Source: a virus
Taxonomy: Duplodnaviria > Caudoviricetes
DNA: 30,678 nt
Direction: 5' to 3' (one strand)
IMG/VR virus record: IMGVR_UViG_3300042363_000066
Location: 1 to 30,678 of that record
Shown here: positions 8,101-15,689 of the stretch, piece after piece
How positions within the stretch are numbered: position 1 is the stretch's first letter
Layout: every line of letters begins with the position of its first letter
Program-made: the position numbers and the translations under genes
The notes under the pieces: model-generated
The model's database searches: none
What the model saw: only the letters and a program-made list of their open reading frames with translations
What the model was told of the DNA's origin: nothing

Positions 8101-8898
8101 ATGAGAAAAGAAAATAGCGCATTCATAAGTTTTGGAAAATCTGATAGCGGATTGATATTTGATGATTCAAATAATGAAACATATCCAATTAGATACTATA
8201 ATGTTATTAATGGAGTAGGTGCTGAGTTAAATAAAAACTATTCTTATTATGGATATGTATATAGCGGCAATGTAACTATTAATAGAAAATGGCTAAATTC
8301 TATAGAGTTAAATAGTCATATGTATTTTAGTTTGTCAGATGAATTTAATTTTTCAACTAATGTTATTGGCAGTTGTATTTTAATTGAGGTACTTAATAAA
8401 AAGTTTTACGAGACATCTAACTATAAAGCATATCCAACTTTTGGCGGTCCAATAGAAGATAAAGGAAGATTAAAATATATTGACGGATGTACTGATAGTT
8501 TATTAATATCTCCTGTAAAGAAAGGACAACCTTGTTTAAATCATTTGCATTTTCCACCTGAGATTAATCAAACACAACATACACACCCTACACATAGAAT
8601 TGGAATAGTTGCATCTGGTTACGGAGAATGTATTACACCATTTGGAAATTTACCTTTAGAGCCTGAGATGATATTTGTTATTAAAGCTTGGGATGGCGTA
8701 TTATATGATAAAGGATTAGATGGCGAACTATACGCAATAGGACAACACGCATTTCAAACATTTGATGCTCCTATGAATGTAATTGCTTTTCATCCAGATA
8801 GCGACTTCGGACCAGAAGATGAGTTTCATCCAATGATTAACCGTACAATAGTAAATGGCGTTTCAGCTAATAAGCTAAAAGACATAATGACAAAGTAA
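8101..8898 (+). CDS. Cupin-fold metal-binding protein
   Basis: LHFPPEINQTQHTHPTHRIGIVASGYG (HxH motif 1) and QHAFQT...VIAFHP (motif 2). Confidence 0.75.
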   Translation: MRKENSAFISFGKSDSGLIFDDSNNETYPIRYYNVINGVGAELNKNYSYYGYVYSGNVTINRKWLNSIELNSHMYFSLSDEFNFSTNVIGSCILIEVLNKKFYETSNYKAYPTFGGPIEDKGRLKYIDGCTDSLLISPVKKGQPCLNHLHFPPEINQTQHTHPTHRIGIVASGYGECITPFGNLPLEPEMIFVIKAWDGVLYDKGLDGELYAIGQHAFQTFDAPMNVIAFHPDSDFGPEDEFHPMINRTIVNGVSANKLKDIMTK

Positions 8899-10091
8899 TG
8901 AGTAAGATTAGAAAAAAGGATTACCAATCGAGCAATGTATTAGAAGCTGCATTAGATAGGATGCGATACCTGTATGATAGTTTTGATAATGTAGAAATAG
9001 GTTTTTCAGGCGGAAAGGATAGTACTGTTGTTTTGAATTTAGCCATAAAGGTTGCTCGTGAAAAAAATAAACTTCCTGTAATAGCAAATTTTTATGACGA
9101 AGAAGCGATACACCCGACAACTATTGAATATGTACAAAGGGTAAGCGAACATCCAGACGTTAAACTTAATTGGTTCTGTTTAGAGTTTAAACATCGTAAT
9201 GCTTCATCAAACGAAGAACCTTATTGGTATACTTGGGATAAAGACAAAAAAGATTTATGGGTTCGTGATATGCCAGAAAATTGTATAAAGGAACATCCTA
9301 AGTTTGTAAAGGGTTTATCTTTCCAACAATTTACATCATATAGAGCTGATAAATCTAAAGGCACAACTGTAGATGTAACAGGAGTAAGGACACAAGAAAG
9401 CCTTAGAAGATTTCAGGCAGTATCACAAAAAGTAAACGATAACTATATTTCAAGATACGGGCATTTTTCTATTGCGCATCCAATATACGATTGGAGCAGT
9501 CAAGACGTATGGAAATTGGTACACGAGTGGGATATAGATTATAATAAAACATATGATATATTTAACAAAACAGAACTGAGTAACAAGTTTCTTACTCAAA
9601 GAGTTTGCCCACCATTTGGAGAAGAACCATTAAGAGGGTTATGGATATATGCAGAATGCTTCCCGGACCTATGGCATAAAATGCTTAATAGAGTAGAGGG
9701 CGTTGCTACTGCTTGGCGATATGCTAATACAGAATTATACGGAGTAGGCGGAATACAAAAGCCAGACGAATTAAGTTGGAAGGAATACCTTTCCTATATC
9801 GTAGATACTTATTCAGGTAAAGAAAGAAACTTTGTAATAGAAAATATTAACAGATATATTACATTGCATAAAGACAGGGCTAAAGATAACATAGCAGACA
9901 TAGAAGCCAATCCATTAACCGGCATTTCTTATAGGTGGCTTTGCAAAATTGCACACAAAGGAGATTTTAAAGGAAGGCAGTTGCCAGATAATGAAAGGGC
10001 TGCGGCTATGAAACGATTAGATATAAATCAAGATGATGCAGTATATTTATACGGTAACGAAAAATACAAAAAGCAATACTTTAAAAAATGA
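8898..10091 (+). CDS. PAPS-reductase-family PP-loop protein (IbrA/YbdN/DUF3440-like)
   Basis: FSGGKDS PP-loop, GVRTQESLRR, PIYDWSSQDVW, QRVCPPFG. Confidence 0.88.
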   Translation: MSKIRKKDYQSSNVLEAALDRMRYLYDSFDNVEIGFSGGKDSTVVLNLAIKVAREKNKLPVIANFYDEEAIHPTTIEYVQRVSEHPDVKLNWFCLEFKHRNASSNEEPYWYTWDKDKKDLWVRDMPENCIKEHPKFVKGLSFQQFTSYRADKSKGTTVDVTGVRTQESLRRFQAVSQKVNDNYISRYGHFSIAHPIYDWSSQDVWKLVHEWDIDYNKTYDIFNKTELSNKFLTQRVCPPFGEEPLRGLWIYAECFPDLWHKMLNRVEGVATAWRYANTELYGVGGIQKPDELSWKEYLSYIVDTYSGKERNFVIENINRYITLHKDRAKDNIADIEANPLTGISYRWLCKIAHKGDFKGRQLPDNERAAAMKRLDINQDDAVYLYGNEKYKKQYFKK

Positions 10092-10660
10092 TTGACAAAA
10101 ATCAATATCCATCTGTTACCCGCATATTAGCGAAAACAAAACCGCAGTCAGATATTGATATGCTTGAAAAATGGAGAATTAAAGTAGGTCCTATAGAAGC
10201 AGACAGGATAAGTAATGCCGCCTTAGAGCGTGGTAAGATGTACGATACCTTCATCGAGGATTATGTAAATGGCATAGACATACCGCATAAAAAACTGCAA
10301 GAGTATTTAAAACAATTTCAAATAGTATCAAGAGAAGAAAACGTATATAGTAGCCAATATCTATATAAAGGTAGATATGATTGTATATTTGCTAAAAATG
10401 GAATATTAGTACTAAATGATTTTAAAGGCTCAGGAAAAAAGAAAACAAAGAAATGGCTAAAAGATTACCCTTTACAGATAGCCGCATATATAAAAGCATT
10501 AGAAGAAGTTGGGGTAATTATTAATTGGGGTATGATAACCGTGATACTCGATGATGAAATACAGACCTTTGTTTATGACCATTGCGAAATAGAAACTTAT
10601 TTTATAGAATTTTTAAAAAGACTAAAACAGTATAATGATGAAACAAATGCCAATATCTAA
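10088..10660 (+). CDS. PD-(D/E)xK exonuclease (phage exonuclease/Cas4-like)
   Basis: YPSVTRIL, RG..Y..IE, YKGRYDCI, NDFKGS, LQIAAY. Confidence 0.82.
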   Translation: MIDKNQYPSVTRILAKTKPQSDIDMLEKWRIKVGPIEADRISNAALERGKMYDTFIEDYVNGIDIPHKKLQEYLKQFQIVSREENVYSSQYLYKGRYDCIFAKNGILVLNDFKGSGKKKTKKWLKDYPLQIAAYIKALEEVGVIINWGMITVILDDEIQTFVYDHCEIETYFIEFLKRLKQYNDETNANI

Positions 10661-11174
10661 CGTACAATGGTTAGACAGAAACGAACTATCCCCAAACCTA
10701 TATAATCCAAATAAGGTTGCACCGCCAGAAATGGCACTACTGAAACAAAGTATATTACAAGACGGATGGCTATTCCCTATTATTGTATTCGATAAGACAA
10801 TACACATAGAAAACCTAACAGATAATAAAGACCTAAATAAGTACACAATCATAGATGGCTTTCATAGGTATACGATAAGCGGAGACAAAGACATATACAA
10901 ACTGAGCGATGGCAAAGTGCCTGTAGTTATCCTAAACCCTAGCAACCCATTAGCTACAACCGTTAGGATGAATAGAGCAAAAGGTACACACGCCGTATTA
11001 AAGATGGGCGACATCGTAAAGAACCAAATAGATAACGGAAAGCAGCTAAGTGAGATAATGAGCGAGTTCGGTATGGAGAAAGAAGAAGTGGTTAGATTAG
11101 CAAATAGGATGGGAATACACAAGACTGATATTATTGTAGATACCGATTGGAGCAATTCTTGGTTACCAAAATAA
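10635..11174 (+). CDS. ParB-like nuclease domain protein (IbrB/YbdM-like)
   Basis: PNLYNPNKVAPPEMALLKQSILQDGW..PI, IIDGFHR, TVRMNRAKGTH. Confidence 0.88.
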   Translation: MMKQMPISNVQWLDRNELSPNLYNPNKVAPPEMALLKQSILQDGWLFPIIVFDKTIHIENLTDNKDLNKYTIIDGFHRYTISGDKDIYKLSDGKVPVVILNPSNPLATTVRMNRAKGTHAVLKMGDIVKNQIDNGKQLSEIMSEFGMEKEEVVRLANRMGIHKTDIIVDTDWSNSWLPK

Positions 11175-11192
11175 CAGCATAATAACAGCACA

Positions 11193-11591
11193 ATGGCAAG
11201 TAAAGATATAATAGCACATCAATTTAATAAAGGTCAGTCTGGCAATCCAAATGGCAGACCTCGTAAATATGTAAGCCTATTAAAAGAACAGGGCTATAAA
11301 GTATCGGAAATAAATGACACCATACAAGCTATGATGGCTATGGAGTTCGAGGAATTAAAATCTGTATGGGATAACCCGAAGGCAACGATACTAGAAAAGA
11401 CTATTGCGGCTGCTATGCGTAAGAGCTTAGAGAAGGGCAGCCTTTATAGTTTAGAAACTTTGCTTACTCGTGTATATGGAAAGCCAAAGGAGACAGTAGA
11501 CACAAATAATAAAACTGAGCTTACAGGCAAAATACAAGTCGAGGTAATTACAAGCGGAGTGCCTTTAGCAAATAGAGAAACAGATGTTTAG
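11193..11591 (+). CDS. terS: Terminase small subunit
   Basis: FNKGQSGNPNGRP N-terminal motif, LLTRVYGKPKE; directly upstream of terL. Confidence 0.8.
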   Translation: MASKDIIAHQFNKGQSGNPNGRPRKYVSLLKEQGYKVSEINDTIQAMMAMEFEELKSVWDNPKATILEKTIAAAMRKSLEKGSLYSLETLLTRVYGKPKETVDTNNKTELTGKIQVEVITSGVPLANRETDV

Positions 11592-12732
11592 AACTACAGA
11601 CGTATTCCTAAGCAATAGGAATGCTGAGACAGACATAATAGTTAATCAAGGCGGAACGAGTAGCGGTAAAACATACTCGATATTACAAAACCTATTCCTT
11701 CACGCTATAGAAGATGACAGGTGTATTATCACTGTTGCAGGTCAGGATATACCCAATTTAAAGGTAGGTCCGATAAGAGATGCTCATAATATAGTAGAAC
11801 AGACGGAAGGGCTATCTGATTACATTTTAGAGTATAATAAATCGGATAGGGTTTTTAAGTTTGTCAATGGCTCGATTATAGAATTTAAAAGCTATGACGA
11901 TTCACAAGATGCCAAACAGGGTAAAAGGGATTATCTATTTTTAAACGAGGCTAATGGTGTTCCTAAGATAATTTGGGATGAACTATATATTCGTACAAAG
12001 AAGCGGAGTTATATTGACTATAACCCGAACAATGAATTTTGGGTACATACCGAGCTTATAGGTAAGCCAAACGTTACGCTGATAATATCGGACCATAGGC
12101 ATAATACTTTCCTTGACCAAAAGATACACGATAAGATTGAGGCAATCGAAGACCCAGAACTTTACAAGGTTTATGCCCGTGGGCTTACGGGTAAAATCGA
12201 GGGGGTAATCTTTAGGGATTATAATGTAGTTCCCGGCATCGACCCAGATGCCAAGCTCATAGGCTACGGCTTAGACTTCGGCTTTACGAATGACCCGACT
12301 GCCTTGGTGGCACTATATAGCTACTCAGGGGAATTGGTAGTAGATGAGCTGATTTACCAGACAGGGCTTTTAAATGTCAATATTAGCGATTTAATGCGTG
12401 ATTTAGGCGTTAATGGGCGTATTGTGGGGGATAGTGCCGAACCCAAGTCAATCGCTGAATTAGGGGCATATGGTTGGCAAATAGAGGGTGCTAAGAAAGG
12501 ACCGGATAGCGTAAGGCAGTCAATAAACAATTTAAAGAGGTATAAGCTCAATGTAACGCAAAGGTCTGTCAATTTAAAAAAAGAGCTAAATAGCTATAAA
12601 TGGAAGCTAAATAAGGATGGGAAGCTAGATAATGACCCTGTAGACTACCTAAACCACGCCATTGATGCCCTACGATATGCATCCCTAAATATCCTCGAAA
12701 ACCCAACTTCTGGCAGGTATGCCTTCCTTTAG
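11584..12732 (+). CDS. terL: Terminase large subunit (PBSX/SPP1-like)
   Basis: Walker A GGTSSGKT, Walker B YLFLNEA, DYNP, RNase H-like GLDFGF, DSAEPKSI, NHAIDALRY. Confidence 0.96.
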   Translation: MFRTTDVFLSNRNAETDIIVNQGGTSSGKTYSILQNLFLHAIEDDRCIITVAGQDIPNLKVGPIRDAHNIVEQTEGLSDYILEYNKSDRVFKFVNGSIIEFKSYDDSQDAKQGKRDYLFLNEANGVPKIIWDELYIRTKKRSYIDYNPNNEFWVHTELIGKPNVTLIISDHRHNTFLDQKIHDKIEAIEDPELYKVYARGLTGKIEGVIFRDYNVVPGIDPDAKLIGYGLDFGFTNDPTALVALYSYSGELVVDELIYQTGLLNVNISDLMRDLGVNGRIVGDSAEPKSIAELGAYGWQIEGAKKGPDSVRQSINNLKRYKLNVTQRSVNLKKELNSYKWKLNKDGKLDNDPVDYLNHAIDALRYASLNILENPTSGRYAFL

Positions 12733-12740
12733 GGGTACTT

Positions 12741-12774
12741 TTTACCGTTCATCACTGATATTTACCGTTCATCA
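12741..12774. repeat. Perfect 14-bp direct repeat TTTACCGTTCATCA, two copies, 20-bp period
   Basis: Copies at 12741-12754 and 12761-12774. Confidence 0.9.
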
Positions 12775-12804
12775 TAAACTTTAAAAAAAAGTTTGCTCAT
12801 TTGA

Positions 12805-12833
12805 TTGTGGAATGTTAAAAGGTTGTACATTTG
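12805..12833 (+). promoter_or_regulatory. Bacteroidota-type (early) promoter
   Basis: TTG at 12805-12807, 18-nt spacer, TACATTTG at 12826-12833; A-tract upstream. Confidence 0.72.
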
Positions 12834-12863
12834 ATATATCAAACAACCACAAAAACAAAACAC

Positions 12864-13439
12864 ATGAAAAATCTAATTGAAAAGTACGAAAATTTAGGCT
12901 ACATTTTAACATTAAAAAATGAGCCTATGATTATAGGTACTTGCGTAAGAAAAGTTAGCAGGGCTAGAATACCTAACCCATTATTTAACTACAGATTTAG
13001 AAGCATCGACAGAATGATTGAGTTCTGTACTGAATGGATTAACAAGGTAGAAATTAACGTAAATGCTGAAAACGAAAGGAAAGCTAAGAAAAAAGAGGCT
13101 CAAAAAAATATGCAGCATAGTTACAAGGTGGGCGATATAATTTACAATAGTTGGGGATATGACCAAACTAACATAGATTTTTACCAGATAGTAGAAGTTA
13201 AGGCTAAGTCGATTATGATTAATAGAATAGGCAAATGCTATGTTGAGGGAACTGAGGGCTTTATGTCATCAAACGTAAAACCAATCCAAGACGATTTTAT
13301 CGGAGAGCCAATTTTGAAAAAAGTAAATATTTTAGTAAATTACAATGGCAATATCCAATACTACATCAAAGCAGAACACGGATGTTTTGTTGAGTATCAT
13401 AATGAAAAATCTGGCGTATACTCTAGTTGGTACGCTTAA
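12864..13439 (+). CDS. Hypothetical phage protein, 191 aa (ATG 12864 preferred over TTG 12831)
   Basis: A/C-rich leader before the ATG; the TTG lies inside the promoter element; contains SWGYDQTNIDFYQIV. Confidence 0.8.
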   Translation: MKNLIEKYENLGYILTLKNEPMIIGTCVRKVSRARIPNPLFNYRFRSIDRMIEFCTEWINKVEINVNAENERKAKKKEAQKNMQHSYKVGDIIYNSWGYDQTNIDFYQIVEVKAKSIMINRIGKCYVEGTEGFMSSNVKPIQDDFIGEPILKKVNILVNYNGNIQYYIKAEHGCFVEYHNEKSGVYSSWYA

Positions 13440-13447
13440 AATAAAAT

Positions 13448-13486
13448 AGGGGTGCGGCTATTCAACGCACATTTAACTCACTAAAA
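13448..13486 (+). repeat. Intergenic hairpin motif, copy 1
   Basis: AGGG-GTGCG-gctattcaa-CGCAC-ATTTAACTCACTAAA. Confidence 0.8.
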
Positions 13487-13493
13487 CATTTTT

Positions 13494-13673
13494 ATGAAAA
13501 ACTTAATTTACAAATCTTCTTATTTATCAGCACCAAACTCAAATAACGTTAGACATTGGGTAATAGATTATTACAATGGTAGATTTACAATGAGTATTCC
13601 ATTTTATATGATGCCATTTAATATTAAAAAAGAAATGGTAAAACAAGGCTTTAATGCAAATAGAAACAAATAA
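13494..13673 (+). CDS. Hypothetical protein, 59 aa (not in ORF track)
   Basis: MKNLIYKSSYLSAPNSNNVRHWVIDYY...; sits exactly between the two motif copies. Confidence 0.7.
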   Translation: MKNLIYKSSYLSAPNSNNVRHWVIDYYNGRFTMSIPFYMMPFNIKKEMVKQGFNANRNK

Positions 13674-13680
13674 CATAAGC

Positions 13681-13719
13681 AGGGGTGCGACTGAATAACG
13701 CACAATTTAACCAACTAAA
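13681..13719 (+). repeat. Intergenic hairpin motif, copy 2
   Basis: AGGG-GTGCG-actgaataa-CGCAC-AATTTAACCAACTAAA. Confidence 0.8.
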
Positions 13720-13728
13720 CTAAACACA

Positions 13729-13815
13729 ATGAAAAAAGAAACCGCACAACTTTTAGCCGTATTTTTAGTAGCTTGTTACCTTATAGGACAATTACAAGAC
13801 ATATACTCAAAATGA
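13729..13815 (+). CDS. Small hydrophobic peptide, 28 aa
   Basis: MKKETAQLLAVFLVACYLIGQLQDIYSK; follows motif copy 2; ATGA-coupled to the next ORF. Confidence 0.55.
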   Translation: MKKETAQLLAVFLVACYLIGQLQDIYSK

Positions 13816-13937
13816 TTTACGCTATTTGCCTTCTGCTAATTGCAATAGGTTTTGTAATAGCAGCATTAACCGATTACACAATAAAACACTATGACCCAAA
13901 GCAACAAAGAATACATAGACAAATACTACGCAAGTGA
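13812..13937 (+). CDS. Small membrane peptide, 41 aa
   Basis: MIYAICLLLIAIGFVIAALTDY...; N-terminal transmembrane segment. Confidence 0.5.
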   Translation: MIYAICLLLIAIGFVIAALTDYTIKHYDPKQQRIHRQILRK

Positions 13938-14103
13938 GCCGATTAGTATAATGATGTCTAACATAGATGCTACCTATCTTGAAATACTAACATACTGCAA
14001 CGAGCAGGGTTATGAACCTGCAAAGCGTAAATTAAGGAGACCAGAACATAAGTCAAAAATCGGCTTTTTTGACATAGATAATTACAAACCAGAAACAATA
14101 TGA
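13891..14103 (+). CDS. Hypothetical protein
   Basis: ORF coupled to the next gene. Confidence 0.65.
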   Translation: MTQSNKEYIDKYYASEPISIMMSNIDATYLEILTYCNEQGYEPAKRKLRRPEHKSKIGFFDIDNYKPETI

Positions 14104-14285
14104 AAAACAAACCTATGAAAACAGCAATGCAAGAATTAAAAGATTGGGCTAACCAATACAAAGGTCAAATGATTTCAGCAGACCAAGTAGTATTACAGGC
14201 ACATAATTTACTTAAAAAAGAAAAGGAGCAATGTATTTTACTTGCAGAAACATTTTTAAATAAATTAATAGAAGAAGATATTTAA
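14100..14285 (+). CDS. Hypothetical protein
   Basis: MKTAMQEL...KEKEQ pattern; ATGA overlap. Confidence 0.65.
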   Translation: MKNKPMKTAMQELKDWANQYKGQMISADQVVLQAHNLLKKEKEQCILLAETFLNKLIEEDI

Positions 14286-14299
14286 CCAAAACTAAACAA

Positions 14300-14764
14300 A
14301 TGGAATTACAACAAATCTTCGAAACAACAAAAGAGCAACGCATCGAGTTTACGCACCAAGTAATTGAAAGATTAAATGCAGGGGAGTTAGACCCTTTAAA
14401 AACCCATCTACAAGTCAAAGCCTTAGAGGATATGCTTGAAACCCTAAAAACAAATAAGGACTATAAAGATGCGGTATTACAAGCATCCGTATTAAATGGC
14501 AAGGACTTCGAGTATATGAGTGCTAAGTTTAACATTAGAGAAGTAGGCGTTAAGTATGACTTTAGCAAATGCGAAAGTCCTGCATATAATGAGATTATGG
14601 ATGACTATAACGATGCTACTAAACGCAAAAAGGATATGGAAGATTTCCTTAAAAAAGTTCCGCATCAAGGACTTGATATTATTAATGGGGTTACGGGCGA
14701 GGTTACAAGAGTTTACCCACCTGCTAAGAGTAGCACAACAAGTGTAGCCGTATCATTAAAGTAA
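14300..14764 (+). CDS. Hypothetical phage protein
   Basis: Good A-rich leader; 154-aa ORF with YDFSKC motif. Confidence 0.78.
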   Translation: MELQQIFETTKEQRIEFTHQVIERLNAGELDPLKTHLQVKALEDMLETLKTNKDYKDAVLQASVLNGKDFEYMSAKFNIREVGVKYDFSKCESPAYNEIMDDYNDATKRKKDMEDFLKKVPHQGLDIINGVTGEVTRVYPPAKSSTTSVAVSLK

Positions 14765-14861
14765 TTAAAATATTGTACTTCTTTGCAATTTGCTTACCTT
14801 TGGCAGCGTTATGCTACATAGGTGGGCATCTTGCTTATGAGATAATGTTAAAACTAAGAAA

Positions 14862-15619
14862 ATGACTTGGAACGAATTAACAGTTTGGCAGTACCAACAA
14901 ATTTACCCGATAGTTACTAAGCCTGAGAAGGATTGGACCACATTAGATGTGGAAAGTAAGCTTGTAGGTATAATCTTTAACCTTACCGACACTCAGGTAG
15001 ATAGCCTAAGCGTAAAGCAGTTTAACAACCTAAAGGTAACACTTGACTTTTTAGACGATAAGATAGAAGGAAAGCCTGTTAAGTATACCGAAGTAAACGG
15101 CAAACGATATAGATTTATATATGATGTGCAACAAATCAAAGCAGCCAGATACATAGAGACAAAAGTATTTAGCACCGATTTAGTTGGTAACCTACACAAG
15201 TTAGCAGCCTCAATGGTTATGCCTCAACGCAAAACTTGGTGGGGCAAATGGGTAGATGACAAGTACGATGCTGCCAAGCATAGCCAATATGCCGAGGACT
15301 TACAAGGGGCAAAGTTTATGCACGTTTATCAATCGGTTGTTTTTTTTTATCAAGTATACAGAAATTGGATAGAAGTTTCTCAGGGTTATTTGGTCAAGGA
15401 GATGATGAATCAGGGAATGAGTATGGAGTTGGCACAAAAGGGGGTTCAAATTTTATGCGACACTTTGGATGGCAGTATTGCGCCAAATCTGTTGCCGACC
15501 ACGAAAATATCACAGTTAATGAAAGCTATGAATTAACCACATTACACTTTTTAAATACGCTATCCTATCTAAAGGCTAAAGCCGATTACGATAAGGAGCA
15601 ACATAGGAAACTTAAATAA
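14862..15619 (+). CDS. Putative tail assembly chaperone: 224 aa in frame 0 (to 15536) plus a -1 frameshift product of about 252 aa (to 15619)
   Basis: G-T9 slippery run at 15339-15348; the -1 frame is open from 15284 to 15619 with no upstream ATG. Confidence 0.65.
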
Positions 15620-15633
15620 GACCCCCAGACGAT

Positions 15634-15666
15634 ACCCTGCCATTTTTGGTGGGGTTAGTTATTTTT
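15634..15666 (+). terminator. Intrinsic terminator-like hairpin
   Basis: ACCCTGCCA-tttt-TGGTGGGGT followed by TAGTTATTTTT. Confidence 0.5.
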
Positions 15667-15689
15667 AGACCTTCCTTATATTTATTAGC

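Noticed and set aside
8898-10091. PAPS reductase (cysH) as a sulfur-assimilation auxiliary metabolic gene
   Set aside because: Lacks the C-terminal ECGLH motif, has a DUF3440-like extension, and sits among ParB, nuclease and terminase genes
10088-10660. Nuclease as a CRISPR Cas4
   Set aside because: Lacks the four-Cys Fe-S cluster pattern and any CRISPR context
12831-12863. TTG start given by the ORF track
   Set aside because: The TTG is part of the TACATTTG promoter element; ATG 12864 has a typical leader
12741-13719. Repeats as a CRISPR mini-array or integron attC sites
   Set aside because: Only two copies of each, no regular spacers, no cas genes or integrase, and no GTTRRRY/RYYYAAC ends
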